DNA of 61,811 nucleotides from Lachnospiraceae bacterium (GTDB lineage Bacteria; Bacillota; Clostridia; Lachnospirales; Lachnospiraceae): NCBI GenBank assembly GCA_016281275.1, contig JAEEIH010000121.1, positions 1 to 61,811 of the forward strand, read 5' to 3'. Shown piece by piece: positions 57,400 to 61,811 of this stretch (position 1 is its first letter; each line of letters starts with the position of its first letter). The notes under the pieces were generated by a model. It saw only the letters and a program-made list of their open reading frames with translations, ran no database searches and was not told where the DNA came from. The position numbers and the translations under genes were made by a program.

Positions 57400-57642
57400 A
57401 TGAGGATCGAGAAGGAACTTACGAGGTCAAACAAGAGAGCAGCTGAGGATAAAAAAGCGAAAAGGCGCAGGGATGATGCGCCTGAAGATGACACGATAGA
57501 ATATAAGCCGCACGAATGGCACTATTTAAATGAGGGAAGCGGTGTTTTTTCGTCTGTGATGGACAACGGGATCAACACGCAGGAAAGCGTGTTTGATAAA
57601 TATGCCGTATTTAAGACACGGAAACGGGAAGACAACTATTAA
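57400..57642 (+). CDS. Hypothetical 80-aa charged protein
   Basis: AAAGGA RBS 8 nt upstream. MRIEKELTRSNKRAAEDKKAKRRRDDAPEDD... No family recognised. Confidence 0.4.
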   Translation: MRIEKELTRSNKRAAEDKKAKRRRDDAPEDDTIEYKPHEWHYLNEGSGVFSSVMDNGINTQESVFDKYAVFKTRKREDNY

Positions 57643-57659
57643 AGGAAGGACTGTTGGTA

Positions 57660-59981
57660 ATGATCTGTTCGCAGGAGTTGATGGGTAAGCCTTTCGCAAG
57701 CTACGACGAGCTGATGGAGAATCTTTTTGCTTGCGTAAACACGGGTCTTGATCTGTACCTTTCCGGCATGAAGCTTACTTTCGCGACCGGTCAGGGTGGG
57801 TATAAAAACGTATTGTATCCCGATCTTGAAGTGGCGCATGACATTTGCCGTGATAAGATGCGGGCTTTTTCAGCAAAAGAAAAAGAAGCGGACGCAGGTG
57901 AAAGTGAAGATGAGGACGAAGAAGAGTCGGACAGCTCGGCCGATGACGACGATCTTATGAGCCTGCTTTCGGGGTTCGCCGAGAAACCGGAAATCTCCAA
58001 GGATGAAGCTTCCGAAAAAAAGGAAGCCGATTCTGTCGAGAGTCTCCCGAAAATCATGGAATATATCATGAGCAGAGCAGGCGCATCCGTTGACGAAGGT
58101 ATCAGGATGCCGTTTTATGAGCTTTGCAAAAAACAGGGATTCGAGCCGTTTACGGTGTTCTGTTTCGCTGCTGCCGTTCTTTCATCGACACAGACAGATT
58201 ACGCGGGCGTATTTCAGGTCATAAATGAGAACGGTTCGCTTCCGGCTCCCACCATAGAGTCTGCAGCCAAGCTTTTCTACGGAAAGGAATTTTCCATCAC
58301 AAGTGTTTATGCCGATATGTCGGTATGTCTTGAGCAGTTATTGCCGGTGTTTGATCTGAGGGTACAGCCGAGCATGCCGTTCTCGACAGTCGTATCACCC
58401 GATAAGAGGATAATCGATTATCTGTTCGGAAGAAACCCCGATAAGATTGATGAAAATTACATCAGATTCATGAGGATGCTGACGGATGACAAGGATCTCG
58501 ATCCGATTCTGGCCAACAGTGCCGTTTTGGAAGCCATGGAGATCTCCTACGATCAGGGCGTCAGGATCTTTTCGTATTGCGGTGACGAGGGAAGCGGCAG
58601 GAAATTTTTTGTTAAGCATTTTTGCAGGAAGCGCGGCATGAAAGCCATTGCTCTTAACTGCCGTAAGCTTTTCGTATATGACCATTCGTTTGTCGATAAG
58701 GCTCTTTGGGCTGCCGCGAGGGAATGTATCCTTACAAATGCGGCGTGTGTTATGGAGGAGCTTTCTTACCGCGAGGAGGAAAAGGAAAAATTCCAGGGTT
58801 ATATGGATCTTGCGTTTGCGAAGCTTTCCGAAAAAGGCGTGCTGGTGTTCACGTTGAGCATGGACACATTACAGCTTAAAACGATCACAAAGCTCGACTT
58901 TACTGAGCTCTCGATCCAGACTCCTTCGGCAGCGGAGCGCAGGGCGTGCTGGGATCATTACGCTGTGCCCTACGAGCTCGGCGAGGATTGCGATCTTGGT
59001 GAAATGACGATCAAATTCCTCTTTACTCCGGGTAAGATCAAGGATGCGCTTTATCATGCACGAAGCCTAGCAACGATGAACAAGGAAAAGGCGATATCAA
59101 GGGCGATGCTTTTTAAGGGCTGCAATGCCCAGATGTCATCGGAGCTTTCAAAGAAGGCGACGCGTGTCGAGGCAAAATTCGGTTTTGACGACATCGTTAT
59201 GAACCCCGATCAGCGAGAGACCATTTCTCATGCGATCGAGCAGATGAACTTCAAAAATGCGGTTTACGACGACTGGAATTACATCAAGAAGTACCCTTAC
59301 GGACGTGGTCTTACGGTTCTTCTCTTCGGCGCACCCGGTACCGGTAAATCCATGATGGCGCAGGTACTTGCGCATGAGCTTAATCTCGAACTTTACAGAG
59401 TTGACGTTTCGAAGGTTGTCGACAAATATGTCGGTGAAACGGAGAAGTCGCTCTCCATGATATTCAGAGAAGCCAAGAAATGTAACGTCGTCCTTTTCTT
59501 CGACGAGTGCGATACGATCTTCGCAAAGCGTTCCGACGACGGTGGTTCAAACCAGGCTTCGGCCAATAACAAGACGGCACTCCTTCTTCAGGAAATGGAA
59601 GCGTACGACGGTGTCTGCGTTCTGGCCACTAACTACAAACACAATATCGATCCCGCGTTCTTCAGACGTATGAAATACATTGTAGAGTTCCAGTTCCCCG
59701 ATGTTGACACGCGTGAGATGCTCTGGAGGACAACGGTTCCGAAAACCACGCCGCTTGCTGATGATGTTGACTTCAGGTTTATCGCAGAGAGATTCGAGTT
59801 TGCCGGCGGTAATATCAAGAACTGCATCCTCAACGCCGCATTCCTTGCTGCAGCTGACGGAGACGGCAAAGAGGTTCATATGAAGCATTATCTTATGGCC
59901 ATCAAATACGAGTTCATTAAGGTAGGCAAGGTGTTTACAAAGGGTGACTTTGAACCTTATGCGGCTCAGATAGGACTGTGA
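57660..59981 (+). CDS. CIS-associated AAA+ ATPase (Afp15-like; C-terminal AAA module)
   Basis: ATG 57660 lies 9 nt after AAGGAAGGA (track TTG 57654). Walker A LLFGAPGTGKSMMA, Walker B VVLFFDECD, arginine-finger region DPAFFRRM. Long N-terminal non-ATPase half with an acidic tract ESEDEDEEESDSSADDDD. Confidence 0.85.
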   Translation: MICSQELMGKPFASYDELMENLFACVNTGLDLYLSGMKLTFATGQGGYKNVLYPDLEVAHDICRDKMRAFSAKEKEADAGESEDEDEEESDSSADDDDLMSLLSGFAEKPEISKDEASEKKEADSVESLPKIMEYIMSRAGASVDEGIRMPFYELCKKQGFEPFTVFCFAAAVLSSTQTDYAGVFQVINENGSLPAPTIESAAKLFYGKEFSITSVYADMSVCLEQLLPVFDLRVQPSMPFSTVVSPDKRIIDYLFGRNPDKIDENYIRFMRMLTDDKDLDPILANSAVLEAMEISYDQGVRIFSYCGDEGSGRKFFVKHFCRKRGMKAIALNCRKLFVYDHSFVDKALWAAARECILTNAACVMEELSYREEEKEKFQGYMDLAFAKLSEKGVLVFTLSMDTLQLKTITKLDFTELSIQTPSAAERRACWDHYAVPYELGEDCDLGEMTIKFLFTPGKIKDALYHARSLATMNKEKAISRAMLFKGCNAQMSSELSKKATRVEAKFGFDDIVMNPDQRETISHAIEQMNFKNAVYDDWNYIKKYPYGRGLTVLLFGAPGTGKSMMAQVLAHELNLELYRVDVSKVVDKYVGETEKSLSMIFREAKKCNVVLFFDECDTIFAKRSDDGGSNQASANNKTALLLQEMEAYDGVCVLATNYKHNIDPAFFRRMKYIVEFQFPDVDTREMLWRTTVPKTTPLADDVDFRFIAERFEFAGGNIKNCILNAAFLAAADGDGKEVHMKHYLMAIKYEFIKVGKVFTKGDFEPYAAQIGL

Positions 59982-60004
59982 TATTGTTTCCAAAAAGGAG
60001 ATCG

Positions 60005-60109
60005 ATGAGAAGTGAGCCGAGCCTGTTGACTCGGATTGGACTGAAACATTGTTTCCCTAAAGATCAAAGGACATATAAGAGGGAACCTGTACATTTGAAT
60101 GTCGGGTAA
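60005..60109 (+). CDS. Possible 34-aa basic peptide (MRSEPSLLTRIGLKHCFPKDQRTYKREPVHLNVG)
   Basis: Below the track cut-off. ATG 60005 lies 5 nt after AAAGGAG. No homology recognised. Confidence 0.2.
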   Translation: MRSEPSLLTRIGLKHCFPKDQRTYKREPVHLNVG

Positions 60110-60160
60110 AAACCGGAAACGGGATTGTCAAATCCGCTTCCAAGGAGGAGTTAAAAGATT

Positions 60161-61051
60161 ATGGCTAAGAAAAAAACCGGAGTCGGGGAAGTTATATTGC
60201 TTGTTTTTGCGCTGATCGTTTTCGGCGCTGCGTTCTTTGGGTTGTTCAGATTTCCCCTCTTTGTGACAGCGATATTGTTTTGCACCGAAACGGTTTTGTT
60301 CCTTATCCTCATCATGAGCTTCCTCGGAAAGCTGAACGCGACCGAGGCGAAAGAAACCGAGGAAAAGGTTTGTGATGACGGGAGCGGACTCGGACTCTAC
60401 GCGGGCGGACCGGAGAATGTTTCCTTTGAGGTTCCCGCTGAAGAAGACGGCAATGTTACCGTTGTCAGTGCTCCCGATAATGCTGCTGTCGGAGCGGGCA
60501 CAGGTCTTGAAACGGTTGTTAAGACGGAAGTGATCGAAACCGTTCGTGAGGTTACAAAGCTTAAGACGGTGCTCTTCAACGAAGAATTACTTGAAGAAAA
60601 GGAAAAAGTTGATATGGGATCGGTTGTCGGTGAGACGCTCGAAATCATGGATCCCTTTGCAACGGCGGCAGGCATCAGAACCGGATATGTCTGTTCGGGT
60701 GACGTTACATATACCGGAAGCAGGATGCTCCTATCCGTTATGATGAAAAATATAGTTGATAACGCCGTAAAATATATGCGTCGTGCAGGAAGTCTCCATA
60801 TCACCGTTTCGAACGTTGCGGATGATATTTTCATAGTTTGCAAGGATGACGGTCTCGGTATAGGCAAGGACGAGCTGCCGTACATATTCGACCTTAATTT
60901 TCAGGGCTCCAACAGAGTCAGCGGCAACGGCCTCGGTCTTACACAGGCGAGGGACATCGTTAATGCGTACGGTGGAACCATATATGCCAAAAGTGCTCCG
61001 GGAGCGGGTATGGGCATTTATATCCAGCTTCCCGGCAACAGTGAAAAATAA
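60161..61051 (+). CDS. Membrane protein with histidine-kinase-type HATPase_c domain but no recognisable HisKA/H-box
   Basis: 296 aa. Two N-terminal TM helices. N-box NIVDNAVKY, G1 KDDGLGIGKDE, G2 GNGLGLTQA. There is no His at all between the TM region and the ATPase domain. Confidence 0.65.
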   Translation: MAKKKTGVGEVILLVFALIVFGAAFFGLFRFPLFVTAILFCTETVLFLILIMSFLGKLNATEAKETEEKVCDDGSGLGLYAGGPENVSFEVPAEEDGNVTVVSAPDNAAVGAGTGLETVVKTEVIETVREVTKLKTVLFNEELLEEKEKVDMGSVVGETLEIMDPFATAAGIRTGYVCSGDVTYTGSRMLLSVMMKNIVDNAVKYMRRAGSLHITVSNVADDIFIVCKDDGLGIGKDELPYIFDLNFQGSNRVSGNGLGLTQARDIVNAYGGTIYAKSAPGAGMGIYIQLPGNSEK

Positions 61052-61074
61052 GCTTCCGCGAGGAGATGTGTTAA

Positions 61075-61811
61075 ATGAACATTAACAGACTTTTTAAGAT
61101 CGTTACCGTTCTTTTTATCTGTTCGGCTCTTGTAGCGCTTGTATTCGGTGGAATCGTGCTGTTTCAGGAGCTTGGGAGTGACGAAAAAAAAGAAGATAAA
61201 AATGTTACCCTTAATGAAAAAAATCCCGATGCGGTTTCTCCGATAGGCGGGGATGAGGAGCTTTTGGGGTCCAAGGATTCGGAGACAAAGACGGGCGCCG
61301 ATTCAAAGGATACGGCTGCTTCGGAAGAAAAGAAAAACACCGCCGAAAAAAAGACGGATCCGGATGACGGTACAGATAAAGCACACAAAAACACGGATGA
61401 TTCCGGTAGTCTTTCGGAAGCTTCCGAAACAGGGGCTCCGGATCGGACAGGGGCTGCTTCGACCGTGGGACAGGAAGGGAATCCGACCGTAACGGCCGAC
61501 GGATTGCCGATAGGGCAGAGTGTGCCGGTGGAAAACCTTAAATTTGACGGAAGCGAAACACATTTTGTACTTCAGAACATCAATTATCAGGTTAATGTCC
61601 GCAAGGAAGCAAGCAAGTCCTCCGACAAGGTCGGCGAGCTTCTGAAGGGTTCGTACGGAGTGGTGCTTGAGAAAGGTCCTGAATTCACACTTGTTGAGTG
61701 TGGAGACCTCACAGGTTATATCCTGAATTCTTACTTGTTAATCGGCAGGGCGGCCGATGAACAGATTCAGGGAGTCAGCACCAAGAAGGTTAAGATTATC
61801 AAAGCCGTCTA
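61075..61811 (+). CDS. Secreted/anchored protein with bacterial SH3 domain, C-terminus beyond right edge (partial)
   Basis: Not in the track (no stop in the window). ATG 61075 lies 8 nt after GAGGAG. TM/signal LFKIVTVLFICSALVALVFGGIVLF, a low-complexity K/D/E/T linker, then YQVNVRKEASKSSDKVGELLKGSYGVVLEKGPEFTLVECGDLTGYILNSYL (SH3_3-like). Confidence 0.6.
   Translation, partial: MNINRLFKIVTVLFICSALVALVFGGIVLFQELGSDEKKEDKNVTLNEKNPDAVSPIGGDEELLGSKDSETKTGADSKDTAASEEKKNTAEKKTDPDDGTDKAHKNTDDSGSLSEASETGAPDRTGAASTVGQEGNPTVTADGLPIGQSVPVENLKFDGSETHFVLQNINYQVNVRKEASKSSDKVGELLKGSYGVVLEKGPEFTLVECGDLTGYILNSYLLIGRAADEQIQGVSTKKVKIIKAV

Larger units (their letters stand above)
24862..59981 (+). other. Contractile injection system (phage-tail-like) locus with associated membrane and signalling modules
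   Basis: A continuous same-strand gene block. See the individual CDS entries and findings. Confidence 0.8.

Overview
The window looks like chromosomal DNA from a Firmicute. Strong AGGAGG ribosome-binding sites and the YesL, AI-2E, DUF4143 and archaeal-type ProRS gene content suggest Clostridia or Lachnospiraceae, but the taxon is inference. I saw no rRNA, CRISPR array, transposase or integrase.

Positions 1-24.5 kb hold ordinary genes:
- valS (partial, not in the ORF track because it runs off the left edge), typA, metK and proS
- a TPR membrane protein and a DUF4143-type ATPase with an unusual repeat-rich upstream region
- a 1621-aa kinase-like/STAND/TPR/GAF/GGDEF signalling protein whose kinase catalytic residues look substituted
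- a membrane protein, tRNA-Pro(CGG), upp, an AI-2E transporter and a YesL protein
- glgB with a Lys/Ala-repeat tail, and a small 2x[4Fe-4S] ferredoxin

After a strong terminator at 24521-24554, everything from 24862 to about 59981 is on the + strand and tightly packed. This roughly 35-kb block is the main item of interest. It is a complete contractile-injection-system (phage-tail-like, Afp/PVC-type) gene set: DUF4255 cap, DUF4280 PAAR-like tip, sheath, tube, tail-assembly chaperone, tape-measure candidate, tube-initiator paralogs, gpD hub, gpV spike, gp25, two Baseplate-J-like proteins, a gpI-like protein and a dedicated AAA+ ATPase. It has no capsid, terminase, integrase or lysis genes.

Its accessory content does not match the described Afp/PVC layout:
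1. Six large upstream genes appear operon-fused to it. Five are membrane-anchored or secreted, including a receptor-type degenerate class III cyclase, a MORN protein and a TolC-like protein.
2. A STAS / anti-sigma-kinase partner-switching pair sits between the baseplate genes and the ATPase.
3. A second tube-domain protein carries a roughly 530-aa Lys-rich, recently duplicated repeat extension.
4. A candidate -1 frameshift site (A AAT TTT) lies at the end of the tail-assembly chaperone gene.

I recognised no toxin, tail fibre or LysM domain. All family calls come from reading motifs by eye, and none has been checked with HMM or BLAST.
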